DNA from: an uncultured Myxococcales bacterium
GTDB taxonomy: Bacteria; Myxococcota; B64-G9
Assembly (NCBI GenBank): GCA_964633205.1
Contig: CAZWFN010000013.1
Location: 443-64,442, forward strand
Length of the DNA stretch: 64,000 nt
Direction: 5' to 3'
This document shows positions 1 through 9,278 of this stretch, one piece after another. Position numbers and translations under genes: made by a program. Position 1 is the first letter of the stretch; each line of letters starts with the position of its first letter. A model generated the notes under the pieces. That model saw nothing but the letters and a program-made list of their open reading frames with translations, made no database searches and was not told the DNA's origin.

Positions 1-2
1 TG

Positions 3-1733
3 CTGGTCGACGGCATGGAGATCAACCTGGAGGCTTTCGGCTTTCCCATCTGGGGCGCGCTGCCCATCCACCTGCAGGACATCGAGCGGGTGGAGATCAT
101 CCGCGGGCCGGGCTCGGCGCTCTACGGCGCCAACGCCCATTCGCTGGTCATCGCCATCACCACCCGCCAGCCGGACAGCGACCGGGTCGAGACCTTCGTC
201 GCCGGCGGCGAGGGCGGCTTCGTCTCCGGCCACGCCCGGGCCGACGTGCTGGCCGGCCCCTGGCGCTTCCAGGCGCTGGGCGGCTACGCGCTGGACGACG
301 ACCCCAGCTCGCTGCGCCATCCCGGCCGCCAGGTGGCCCGCGGCCGGCTGCGGGTGGAGCGCGATTGGGGCGTGGCCGGCACCAGCCGCTTGGATCTGGG
401 CCTGGTCGACCTGTCCGGCACCCAGTATACCGTGCTGGGCCCGATGGGCATCGACGACACCCAATTCGCCTACGCCGCGGCCAGCCACAGCAGCGAGATC
501 ATCGACGCCCGCGTCTGGTTCAGCGCCCTGGACGCCGATGTGCGCTTCGACGTGCCGCTGGAGGTCGAGATCAACGGCCAGTGGACCGAGCTGGGCCGGG
601 TACCCGACAATGTCGCCATCCTCAGCACCGCGCTCGACGCCGACGTGCAGGCGCATTTCAGCCCCTGGCGCGACAACCAGGTGGTCTGCGGCGCCAACTA
701 CCGCTGGTTGACCTTCCTGTCCGACCAGAACACCCCATCCGAGACCCACCAGCACCGCGCCGGCTTGTTCCTGCACGACGAGCAGCGGCTGTTCGACCAG
801 CTGCTGCTGGTGGCCGGTGTGCGGCTGGACTACAACAGCATCACCCCGTTCACGGTCAGCCCGCGCGGGGCGGTGGTATGGAAGGTGACCCCGCAGCAGG
901 TGCTGCGGCTGTCGGCCGGCCAGGCCTTTCGCAAGCCGTCCTTTTTCAACACCTCGATGCACATCAACAGCGTCGAGGGTTCGGCGGTGGCGCCCAACCT
1001 GGGCGAGTTCTTCGAACGCAGCATCGGCAACGACGAGCTGGGCAACGAGGACGTGACCACGATCGAGCTGGGCTACCGGGGGCGTTTTCTCGACGCCAGC
1101 CTGACCGCGGTGGCCGCGGTCTACTACAACCTGTACCGCAATCAGATCGGCTTCAACGAGGTGCTGGTCGACAACCAGCTCGGTTTTCCCGACCTGGGCC
1201 GCAGCGAGCTGGGCTTCGTCAACCGCGACGCCACGCTGCATTCGCTGGGCGGCTCGGTCATGCTGCGCTGGGAGCCCGATGAAGCCTGGCGCGTCAGCGG
1301 CAACTACTCCTACCGCACCACCTGGACCGACGACGAGCTGAACGAGGGCGCCAAGCCATACTGGCCCGGCGGGGTGCACGAGGGCCAGCCGGCCCACCTG
1401 GCCAACCTGAGCGCCAGCTGGGTGCCGGAGTCGGGCCCGCGGGCGGGCGTGGCGCTGCACCTGCGCTCGGGGTTCATCCAGTTGGTGCGCGAAGGGGCCA
1501 GCCTGTTCGGCGAGCGCTTCGTCGTCGAGGAGCAGCTGACCGTCATCCCCTCGGCCTTTTTCGCCTGGCGCATCGTCGCCGAGCGGCGCTGGCTCGAAGC
1601 CGGGCTGCGGGCCAGCAACCCGTTCAACCACCGCTACTGGGAGACCGCCCCGCAGACCCGCTACGACGGCACCCCGGTGGGCGGTCAGATCCTGGGCCGG
1701 GTGATCTCGATCTATTTGCGCGGTGGATTGTAG
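3..1733 (+). CDS. TonB-dependent outer-membrane receptor, 5'-truncated by the window edge
   Basis: The frame stays open to nt 3. It has the plug-end motif 'IERVEIIRGPGSALYGANA' followed by about 500 aa of barrel-like sequence. Confidence 0.8.
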   Translation: MVDGMEINLEAFGFPIWGALPIHLQDIERVEIIRGPGSALYGANAHSLVIAITTRQPDSDRVETFVAGGEGGFVSGHARADVLAGPWRFQALGGYALDDDPSSLRHPGRQVARGRLRVERDWGVAGTSRLDLGLVDLSGTQYTVLGPMGIDDTQFAYAAASHSSEIIDARVWFSALDADVRFDVPLEVEINGQWTELGRVPDNVAILSTALDADVQAHFSPWRDNQVVCGANYRWLTFLSDQNTPSETHQHRAGLFLHDEQRLFDQLLLVAGVRLDYNSITPFTVSPRGAVVWKVTPQQVLRLSAGQAFRKPSFFNTSMHINSVEGSAVAPNLGEFFERSIGNDELGNEDVTTIELGYRGRFLDASLTAVAAVYYNLYRNQIGFNEVLVDNQLGFPDLGRSELGFVNRDATLHSLGGSVMLRWEPDEAWRVSGNYSYRTTWTDDELNEGAKPYWPGGVHEGQPAHLANLSASWVPESGPRAGVALHLRSGFIQLVREGASLFGERFVVEEQLTVIPSAFFAWRIVAERRWLEAGLRASNPFNHRYWETAPQTRYDGTPVGGQILGRVISIYLRGGL

Positions 1734-1753
1734 GCTGGGCTGCGGCGGCCGGC

Positions 1754-2542
1754 TCAGCGGCCCTTGAACGCGGGATCGCGCTTTTCCAGAAACGCCGCCA
1801 CGCCCTCGGCCTTGTCGGCCGTGCCGCAGCTCAGTGCGTGCAGGTAGGACTCGTGCGCCAGGCCCTCGGCCAGCGAGCCGTCGGCGTGGCGCAGCACGGC
1901 TTCCTTGGCGTACTGGACGGCCAGCTTGGGCCGGGCGGCGATGGTGCCCAGCAGCTCGCGGGCCTCGTCCAGCAGCGCCTCGGGCGCCACCACCCGGTTG
2001 ACCAGCCCGATGCGGTGCGCCTCGGCGGCGTCGATCGGATCGCCGGTCAGGATCAGCTCCATGGCCCGGCCCATGCCCACCAGCCGCGGCAGGCGCTGGG
2101 TGCCGCCGGCGCCCGGGGTGATGCCCAGCTTGACCTCGGGCTGGCCCATGCGCACGCCCGCGGCGGCGATGCGCATGGTGCAGGCCATGGCCAGCTCCAG
2201 CCCGGCGCCCATGGCCCAGCCGTTGATGGCCGCCACCGAGGGGATGGGCAGTTCCTCCAGCGCGCCGAGCACCTGCTGGCGGCGCTTGGTCACCCGGCGC
2301 CCCAGCCGGGTGTCGCGCACGTCGAGCTCCTTGATGTCGGCGCCGGCCACGAAGGCCTTCTCGCCGGCGCCGGTGACGATCAGCCCGCGCAGCGCCTCGT
2401 CGGCCTCCACCTCGGCCACGGCCGCGGCCAGCTCCTCGACGGTGGCGTCGTCGAGCGCATTGCGCATCTTGGGCCGGTCGATGGTCAGCAGCGCCAGCGG
2501 GCCGTCCTTTTCGAGCCGCAGGTTGTCGCCCATGGCGGTCAC
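1754..2542 (-). CDS. enoyl-CoA hydratase (crotonase family)
   Basis: Crotonase-fold motifs '[13 protein letters not shown]' and '[12 protein letters not shown]'. The GTG start overlaps the hbd stop (GTGA). Confidence 0.85.
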   Translation of the reverse strand: MTAMGDNLRLEKDGPLALLTIDRPKMRNALDDATVEELAAAVAEVEADEALRGLIVTGAGEKAFVAGADIKELDVRDTRLGRRVTKRRQQVLGALEELPIPSVAAINGWAMGAGLELAMACTMRIAAAGVRMGQPEVKLGITPGAGGTQRLPRLVGMGRAMELILTGDPIDAAEAHRIGLVNRVVAPEALLDEARELLGTIAARPKLAVQYAKEAVLRHADGSLAEGLAHESYLHALSCGTADKAEGVAAFLEKRDPAFKGR

Positions 2543-3396
2543 CCGTCGTAGTCGTAGAAGCCGTGGCCGCTCTTCTTGCCGAGCTTGCCTTGCTCGACCA
2601 GCTCGTCGACCACCGGCGGGTGCGCATAGCGCGGGTCGTCGAGCACGCGCCGCAGCGTTTGCATCTTGGCCCGGTGGACGTCGAGGCCGATCATGTCGAC
2701 CAGCTGCAGCGGGCCCATGGGGTGGCCGGCGCCAAGCTTCATGGCCTTGTCGATGTCGGCCGGCTTGGCCACGCCGGTTTGCACCAGCCAGGTGGCCTCG
2801 TTGAGCAGCTGGCCCAGCACCCGCGAGACGATGCCGGCCGGCGCCTCGGCCTCGCAGACCACCGGGTCCTTGCCCAGCGATTCGGCGAAGGCCGCGGCCG
2901 CCTGCAGGGTCTGGGGGGAGGTCTTTTGGCCCGGCATGATCTCGACCAGCTTCATCACCACCGGCGGGTTGAAAAAATGCATCTGGACGACCTTCTCCGG
3001 CCGTCCGGTGGCCTCGGCCACGGCCGAGATGCTCAGCGAGGTGGTGTTGGTGGCCATGACCACCTCGGGCCGCACCAGCCCGTCGAGCTCGGCGAAGACC
3101 TTCTTCTTGATGTCCAGGTCCTCGACCACGCTCTCGATGACGAAGTCGGCCTCGCGGGCCGCCTCGTTGCCGACCGCGAAGGTCATCTTGTCGAGCACCG
3201 CCCGCTTGTCGTCCTCGCTGATCTTGCCCTTGGCGATGCGCTTGTCGAGGCCCTTTTCGATGCGGGCGGCGGCCTTGTCCACCAGCTCCTGCGCGATGTC
3301 GGTCACGGTCACGGCAAAGCCCTTCTGGGCGCAGAGCTGACCGATGCCGGCACCCATGGTGCCCGAGCCTACCACCACGACTTTCTTGATATCCAC
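2539..3396 (-). CDS. hbd: 3-hydroxybutyryl/3-hydroxyacyl-CoA dehydrogenase
   Basis: Rossmann motif '[17 protein letters not shown]'. I moved the start from ORF-track 3543 to GTG 3396, which follows AGGAGG by 6 nt. This gives about 285 aa, typical for Hbd. Confidence 0.85.
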   Translation of the reverse strand: MDIKKVVVVGSGTMGAGIGQLCAQKGFAVTVTDIAQELVDKAAARIEKGLDKRIAKGKISEDDKRAVLDKMTFAVGNEAAREADFVIESVVEDLDIKKKVFAELDGLVRPEVVMATNTTSLSISAVAEATGRPEKVVQMHFFNPPVVMKLVEIMPGQKTSPQTLQAAAAFAESLGKDPVVCEAEAPAGIVSRVLGQLLNEATWLVQTGVAKPADIDKAMKLGAGHPMGPLQLVDMIGLDVHRAKMQTLRRVLDDPRYAHPPVVDELVEQGKLGKKSGHGFYDYDG

Positions 3397-3481
3397 GTCG
3401 CGCCTCCTATCCTGAAGCTCGCTTGGGAGCTCCAAGCCCATTGTTTTTTCCCCGCCCTTCGGGCGGGGGAGTTTGAGCCTG

Positions 3482-4666
3482 TCAGTTGAGTCTCTCGACC
3501 ACCAGGGCCACGCCGTTGCCGCCGCCGATGCAGGCGCTGACACAGCCGATGGTGGCGCCGCGATCCTTCATGGCGTAGAGCAGGGTGGTCAGGATCTTGG
3601 AACCGGTGGCGGCCACCGGATGGCCCAGCGCGATGGCGCCGCCGTGCACGTTGGCCTTGTCGCGGTCGATGTTGAGCTGGCGTTCGCAGGCCAGGTACTG
3701 GGCGGCGAAGGCCTCGTTGAGTTCGAACAGATCCACGTCGCCGATCTGTAGCCCGGCGCGGTCGAGCGCGGCCGGGATGGCCTTGACCGGCGACAGGCCG
3801 AAGCGCTTGGGCTCGTAGCCGACGAAGGCGTAGCCGCGCACCTTGGCCATGGGTTCGAGCCCCTCGGCCCGGGCCATCTCGGCGTCCATCAGGATCTGGG
3901 CGGCCGCCGCGTCGCACAGCGCGCAGGCATTGCCGGCGGTGATGGTGCCCTGCTTGTTGAACACCGGCTTGAGCTTGGCCAGCTTGTCGGCCTTGGTGCC
4001 GCGGCGGAAGATCTCCTCGTCCTTGAACACGTCGACCTGGCCCTTGCGGCCGGGCACCTCGATGGGCACCACCTCGTCGTTGAACTTGCCGCCGTCGACC
4101 GCCGCCTCGGTGCGGTTGTGACTCAGCGCAGCGTATTCGTCCTGCTGCTCGCGGGTGATGCCCAGCTCCTCGGCTACCGCGTCGGTCAGCTCGCCCATCA
4201 GCCCCTCGCCCAGCGGGCAGCGGAAGCCGTCCTTGTGCATCAGGTCGACCATGTCGCCGTTGCCCATGCGCTCGCCCCAGCGGGCGCCCGGCAGGGCGTA
4301 AGGAATCTGGCTGGCGGATTCGGTGCCGCCCACCATGACGCAGCGGGCATCGCCGGCCTTGATGGCCCCGGCGCCGAAGAACAGCGCCTGTAAGCTGGAG
4401 CCACAGCGGACGTTGACCGACACCGCCGGGGTGTCGGTGGGCACGCCGCCGCGCACCGAGCAGATGCGGGCCGGGTTGGGGCCCACGCCGGCCTGCCAGG
4501 CATTGCCGAACACGGTCTGGTCGATGATGGCCGGGTCGATGCCGGCCCGCTCCACCGTGGCGGCGACGATCTTGGCGCCGAAGTCGGTGGCGCCGAGCTT
4601 GGCCAGCGAGCCGCCGAACTTACCGCCCGCGGTGCGGGTGGCGCCGAGAATGACGACGTCTTTCAT
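3482..4666 (-). CDS. acetyl-CoA C-acetyltransferase (thiolase)
   Basis: Active-site contexts 'VNVRCGSSLQA', 'GGAIALGHP' and 'CIGGGNG'. 394 aa. Confidence 0.9.
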   Translation of the reverse strand: MKDVVILGATRTAGGKFGGSLAKLGATDFGAKIVAATVERAGIDPAIIDQTVFGNAWQAGVGPNPARICSVRGGVPTDTPAVSVNVRCGSSLQALFFGAGAIKAGDARCVMVGGTESASQIPYALPGARWGERMGNGDMVDLMHKDGFRCPLGEGLMGELTDAVAEELGITREQQDEYAALSHNRTEAAVDGGKFNDEVVPIEVPGRKGQVDVFKDEEIFRRGTKADKLAKLKPVFNKQGTITAGNACALCDAAAAQILMDAEMARAEGLEPMAKVRGYAFVGYEPKRFGLSPVKAIPAALDRAGLQIGDVDLFELNEAFAAQYLACERQLNIDRDKANVHGGAIALGHPVAATGSKILTTLLYAMKDRGATIGCVSACIGGGNGVALVVERLN

Positions 4667-4721
4667 GGTCTCCTCCGAAAGCGAAGAATGAGTTGGCAGT
4701 CGAGTATACGGGCCTTGCGGC

Positions 4722-5879
4722 TCAGCGGTTGGCCTTGCGGTAACCCAACAGATCGTTGGCGATGATCATCTTCTGGATGTTGGTGGTGCCCTCGACGATC
4801 TGGTACAGGATGGCGTCGCGGTGGAAACGAGCCACCGGGTACTCGGTCGAGTAACCGTAGGAGCCCAGGATGCGCATGGCGATCTCGGCACATTGGGTGG
4901 CGGCCAGGCTGGCGCTGTACTTGGCGTAGCTGGTCTCGAGCACATTGCCCAGCTGGCCCTGATCCTTCTGCCAGGCGCTGCGGTAGAGCAGCATACGGGC
5001 GGCTTCGATCTGGGCGGACATCTCGGCGATCAGGGCCTGGTTCATCTGGAACTGGCCCACCGGCCGGCCGAACTGTTCGCGCTCGTTGCAGTACTGCACC
5101 GCCGCGTCCAGGCAGGCCTGGGCCAAGCCGACGCCGCCGGCGGCGCAGCACAGCCGGGTCTGGTTCAGCGAGCCGAACACGATCTTGGTCCCGTCGCCCT
5201 CCTGGCCCAGCAGCGCGTCGGCCGGTAGCTCGACGTCGTCGAAGGCGATCTCCGAGGTGGGCGAGGAGCGGGTGCCCAGCTTGTCCAGGTCGCTGGCCTG
5301 CACCCCGTCGGCGTGCATGTCGACCACGAAGGCGCTGAGGCCCTTGGAGCCCTTGTCGCGGTCGGTGTAGGCGTAGACGACGCCCAGGTCGGCCCGCGAG
5401 GCGAAGGAGATCCAGATCTTGGATCCGTTGAGCACCCAGCCGTCGCCCTTGCGCTCGGCGCGGGTCTTCATGCTCATCACGTCCGAGCCCGAGTTCGGCT
5501 CGCTGATGGCGAAGCAGCCGATCTGCTCGCCGTTGATCAGCGGTGGGATCCACTTCTTCTTCTGCTCATCGGTGCCGTGGCGCAGGATGCTCAACGCGGT
5601 GCCCAGGCACTGGGTGTTGAAGGCCACCCGGATCGAGGACGAACCGCGGGAGATTTCTTCGCAGATCAGGGTCTGGGCCAGGAAGCCGACGTCGGTGCCG
5701 CCGTAGGCCTCGGGGATCGGGGTACCGTAGAAGCCCAACTCGCCCATGCGCTTGATTACGTCGAGCGGGAAGTGGTGCTCCTCGTCCCACTTGTCGGCGT
5801 TGGGCCCGATCTCCTTGTCGGTGAACTTGCGGGCCTCCTCCTTCATCGCGAGCAGTTCGTCGTCGATCGAAAAATCCAT
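4722..5879 (-). CDS. acyl-CoA dehydrogenase; substrate unresolved (butyryl- versus glutaryl-CoA type)
   Basis: 385 aa. Motifs 'CFAISEPNSGSD' and the C-terminal 'YQIVEGTTNIQ' catalytic-Glu context. First gene of the minus-strand beta-oxidation operon. Confidence 0.85.
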   Translation of the reverse strand: MDFSIDDELLAMKEEARKFTDKEIGPNADKWDEEHHFPLDVIKRMGELGFYGTPIPEAYGGTDVGFLAQTLICEEISRGSSSIRVAFNTQCLGTALSILRHGTDEQKKKWIPPLINGEQIGCFAISEPNSGSDVMSMKTRAERKGDGWVLNGSKIWISFASRADLGVVYAYTDRDKGSKGLSAFVVDMHADGVQASDLDKLGTRSSPTSEIAFDDVELPADALLGQEGDGTKIVFGSLNQTRLCCAAGGVGLAQACLDAAVQYCNEREQFGRPVGQFQMNQALIAEMSAQIEAARMLLYRSAWQKDQGQLGNVLETSYAKYSASLAATQCAEIAMRILGSYGYSTEYPVARFHRDAILYQIVEGTTNIQKMIIANDLLGYRKANR

Positions 5880-5965
5880 GGATTCCGTCCTCCAGGGGTG
5901 GCTTCCGACAGCACGCGGGCCCGATACGGTGTGCCCGCACCCGGCCCGGGTCGAACTTCGCCGGT

Positions 5966-5994
5966 AGCATGCCCGTGGCGCCGAGGGCTGTCAA
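5966..5994 (-). promoter_or_regulatory. sigma70-like promoter TTGACA-N17-CATGCT for the acd operon
   Basis: On the minus strand, TTGACA is at 5994..5989 and CATGCT at 5971..5966, about 85 nt upstream of ATG 5879. Confidence 0.35.
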
Positions 5995-6033
5995 CCCCGG
6001 GCCACGAAGGCCCTTTTGCCCGTCCATCCACTG

Positions 6034-6063
6034 TTGACAAACCAAATCGAGGGTGCACATGCT
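6034..6063 (+). promoter_or_regulatory. sigma70-like promoter TTGACA-N18-CATGCT for the decarboxylase genes
   Basis: TTGACA is at 6034..6039 and CATGCT at 6058..6063. GGAGG at 6079..6083 and ATG 6092 follow. Confidence 0.3.
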
Positions 6064-6091
6064 CGAAGCGTTCGCGATGGAGGTCGCTGTG

Positions 6092-6460
6092 ATGGGTGAC
6101 GGTGTGGTCATCATGTTGGTCGGGATGGGGGTGGTTTTCCTCTTTCTGATCGTGCTGATGGGTGGGATCCGGCTGCTGTCGGTGCGCCGCCGGCGCCTGC
6201 CCGGGCCGGCAACGGGGGCCAATCCGGCTCCTCGTACCCGGTCGCTGGAGACATCGGGCAACGGGTTGCGGGCCGGCGGCGATCCGGCCGTGCAGCGGGC
6301 CGCCGCCGTGGCGGTGGCGCTGGAGCTGATGCGGCGGGCGGCCGATCGGGCCGGTCGCGGTGCCGACTCACCCACCTGGCGCGACAGCGGACGCGTCTGG
6401 CACCAGCGGGGGCCCCAGGCCGTGGCGACGGTCCTGGCTGGACGCCGGGGCGCACGGTGA
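6092..6460 (+). CDS. OadG-like gamma subunit of a Na+-translocating decarboxylase, with a long Pro/Ala/Arg-rich tail
   Basis: N-terminal TM segment '[19 protein letters not shown]', typical of OadG/MmdD/GcdD. Start chosen at ATG 6092, 8 nt after GGAGG. The stop overlaps the next start (GTGA). Confidence 0.6.
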   Translation: MGDGVVIMLVGMGVVFLFLIVLMGGIRLLSVRRRRLPGPATGANPAPRTRSLETSGNGLRAGGDPAVQRAAAVAVALELMRRAADRAGRGADSPTWRDSGRVWHQRGPQAVATVLAGRRGAR

Positions 6461-7578
6461 ACCCGTCCGAGGCCATCGTCGAGTTCAGCCACTCCACCGG
6501 CATCTGGCACCTGCACTGGCAGGATCCGGTGATGTGGGCGGTGGGTGGGCTGCTGATCTTCCTGGCCATCCGCAAGCGCTACGAGCCGCTGCTGCTGCTG
6601 CCGATCGGCTTCGGCTGTATCCTGACCAACATCCCGGTGGCCGGCATGATGGAGCCCGGTGGCTGGCTGCGCCTGGTCTACGACGCCGGCATCAGCACCG
6701 GCCTGTTCCCGCTGTTCATCTTCCTGGGGCTGGGGGCGCTGACCGACTTCGGCCCGCTGCTGGCCCGGCCCTCGACCGCCTTGCTGGGCGCCGCCGCCCA
6801 GATCGGCATCTTCGCCACCCTGGCCGGGGCCCTGGCGCTGGGCTTCGACTTGCGCGAGGCGGCCGCCATCGGCATCATCGGCGGGGCCGACGGGCCGACC
6901 TCGATCTACCTCAGCTCGCGGCTGGCCGAGCACCTGGTGGGCCCGGTGGCCATCGCGGCTTATTCGTACATGGCCCTGGTGCCCATCATCCAACCGCCGC
7001 TGATGCGCCTGCTGACCAGCCAGCGAGAGCGGGCGGTGCGCATGGAGCAGGCCCGCGAGGTCTCGCGTACCGCGCGGGTGCTGTTTCCTTTGGGCACCGT
7101 GCTGCTGTGCGCGCTGCTGGTGCCCACGGCCACGCCGCTGATCGGCATGCTGATGCTGGGCAACCTGCTACGCGAGTCCGGTGTGGTCGAGCGGCTGAGC
7201 AAGACGGCCCAGAATGAGCTGATCAACATCGTGACCATCTTCCTCGGCGTCTGCGTCGGGGCCAAGATGAGCGGCCAGGCTTTCCTGACCTGGAGCACCT
7301 TGAAAATCCTATTGCTGGGCGTGGTGGCCTTCATGCTCGGTACCATCGGCGGGTTGCTGCTGGGCAAGTTGATGTGCGCGGTCGGCCGGGGCAAGATCAA
7401 CCCGTTGATCGGGGCCGCCGGGGTGTCGGCCGTGCCCATGGCGGCCCGGGTGGTCGAGATCGAGGGCCAGCGGGCCAACGTGAACAACCACCTGCTGATG
7501 CACGCCATGGGGCCCAATGTCTGCGGCGTGATCGGGTCGGCCATCTCCGCCGGGGTGCTGCTGGCGCTGGTCGGCTGA
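6457..7578 (+). CDS. Na+-translocating decarboxylase beta subunit (OadB/MmdB/GcdB family)
   Basis: 373-aa polytopic membrane protein. Motif '[19 protein letters not shown]' and overall OadB-like sequence. Confidence 0.85.
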   Translation: MNPSEAIVEFSHSTGIWHLHWQDPVMWAVGGLLIFLAIRKRYEPLLLLPIGFGCILTNIPVAGMMEPGGWLRLVYDAGISTGLFPLFIFLGLGALTDFGPLLARPSTALLGAAAQIGIFATLAGALALGFDLREAAAIGIIGGADGPTSIYLSSRLAEHLVGPVAIAAYSYMALVPIIQPPLMRLLTSQRERAVRMEQAREVSRTARVLFPLGTVLLCALLVPTATPLIGMLMLGNLLRESGVVERLSKTAQNELINIVTIFLGVCVGAKMSGQAFLTWSTLKILLLGVVAFMLGTIGGLLLGKLMCAVGRGKINPLIGAAGVSAVPMAARVVEIEGQRANVNNHLLMHAMGPNVCGVIGSAISAGVLLALVG

Positions 7579-7637
7579 GATCGCCCGCGCCGCCGTCCCG
7601 GGGATAGACGGACAACTGACGAGGGGAGTGCAGACCG

Positions 7638-9191
7638 ATGAAGAGTGTCGAGGAGCGCCAGCAGGAGCTGCGCGAGCGACAGGAGCAACAGGAGGCCATG
7701 GGCGGCGAGAAGGGCATCGCCAAGCAGCACAAGGGCGGCAAGCTGACCGCCCGCGAGCGCATCGATCGCCTGTTCGACTCAGGGACCTTCAGCGAGAGCG
7801 ACATGTTCGTCCAACACCGCTGCGTCGATTTTGGCATGTCCGGCAAGCCCATCCCCGGCGATGGGGTGGTCACCGGCCACGGCTTGGTCGACGGCCGCCG
7901 GATCTTCGCCTACGCCCAGGACTTCACCGCCCGGGCCGGGACCATGGGCGAGATGCAGTCGAAGAAGATCTGCAAGCTGATGGATCTGGCGCTCAAGGTG
8001 GGCGCGCCGGTGGTGGGGCTGAACGACTCGGGCGGCGCCCGCATCCAGGAAGGCGTCGACGCGCTCAGCGGCTACGGCCAGATCTTCTACCGCAACGCGC
8101 TGGCCTCCGGGGTGGTGCCCCAGATCAGCGCCATCATGGGGCCCACCGCCGGCGGTGCGGTCTACTCACCGGCCATGACCGACTTCGTATTGCAGGTCAA
8201 GGAGTCGTCCTACATGTTCATCACGGGCCCGCAGGTGATCAAGACCGTCACCGGCGAAGAGGTCAGCTCCGAGGAGCTGGGCGGCGCTTTGTCGCACGCC
8301 ACCCGCAGCGGTTGCGCCCATTTCGCCTGCGAGGACGACGAGGATTGCATCGCCCGCATCCGTGAGCTGCTGGCCTACCTGCCGGCGAACAATCTCGAGG
8401 ATCCGCCCCGGGTGGACACCGGCGACGACCCGAGCCGCGCCTGCCCCGAGCTGGACAGCATCGTGCCCGATGCCGCCAAGCAGTCCTACGACATGCGTGA
8501 TGTGATTCGGGCCATCGCCGATCGCGGCCAGATGCTCGAGCCCCACGCATTGTGGGCCACCAACCTGATCGTCTGCTTCATCCGCCTGGCCGGCTCGACG
8601 GTGGGGGTCATCGCCAATCAGCCTACCGTCATGGCCGGCGCCCTGGATGTCAACGCCTCGGACAAGGCCACTCGCTTCATCCGCTTCTGCGACGCGTTCA
8701 ACATCCCCATCCTGACGCTGACCGACGTGCCCGGCTACCTGCCCGGCACCGACCAGGAGTGGTCGGGCATCATCCGCCACGGGGCCAAGCTGCTGTGGTG
8801 CTACTCCGAGGCCACCGTGCCCAAGGTGACCCTGGTCACCCGCAAGGCATACGGCGGTGCCTACCTGGCCATGTGCTCGTCCGATCTGGGCGCCGACTGC
8901 GTGATGGCCTGGCCTACCGCCGAGATCGCGGTCATGGGCGCCGGCGGCGCCTCGGGTATCATTTTCCGCAAGGAGATCGCCAGCGCCGAGGATCAGGAGG
9001 CCAAGCGCGAAGAGAAGGTGGCCGAGTACGAGGAGCTGTTCGCCAACCCCTACAAGGCGGCCGAGCGTGGTTACATCACCTCGGTGATCCAGCCGCGCGA
9101 ATCCCGCCAGCGCATCGCCGAGGCCTTCGCCATGCTGCGCAACAAGCGCGAGCTGCGGCCGATGCGCAAGCACGGCAACATCCCGATGTGA
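7638..9191 (+). CDS. acyl-CoA carboxyltransferase (MmdA/GcdA/PccB family), the alpha subunit of the decarboxylase
   Basis: 517 aa. 'GGKLTARERIDRLFDSGTFSE' and downstream carboxyltransferase motifs. Confidence 0.85.
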   Translation: MKSVEERQQELRERQEQQEAMGGEKGIAKQHKGGKLTARERIDRLFDSGTFSESDMFVQHRCVDFGMSGKPIPGDGVVTGHGLVDGRRIFAYAQDFTARAGTMGEMQSKKICKLMDLALKVGAPVVGLNDSGGARIQEGVDALSGYGQIFYRNALASGVVPQISAIMGPTAGGAVYSPAMTDFVLQVKESSYMFITGPQVIKTVTGEEVSSEELGGALSHATRSGCAHFACEDDEDCIARIRELLAYLPANNLEDPPRVDTGDDPSRACPELDSIVPDAAKQSYDMRDVIRAIADRGQMLEPHALWATNLIVCFIRLAGSTVGVIANQPTVMAGALDVNASDKATRFIRFCDAFNIPILTLTDVPGYLPGTDQEWSGIIRHGAKLLWCYSEATVPKVTLVTRKAYGGAYLAMCSSDLGADCVMAWPTAEIAVMGAGGASGIIFRKEIASAEDQEAKREEKVAEYEELFANPYKAAERGYITSVIQPRESRQRIAEAFAMLRNKRELRPMRKHGNIPM

Positions 9192-9278
9192 CAGCGGTGG
9201 GTGAATCGGCCCGCTCGGCCGGCCGTCCAATCCGATGTCCGCCGCGCGGCGGGCACACGCGCGCAACCGAGGGCCACC

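Noticed and set aside
6092-6460. A biotin carrier domain hidden in the gamma-like subunit tail.
   Set aside because: There is no (A/E)MKM biotinylation motif or lipoyl-like beta fold signature. The tail is Pro/Ala/Arg-rich linker-like sequence.
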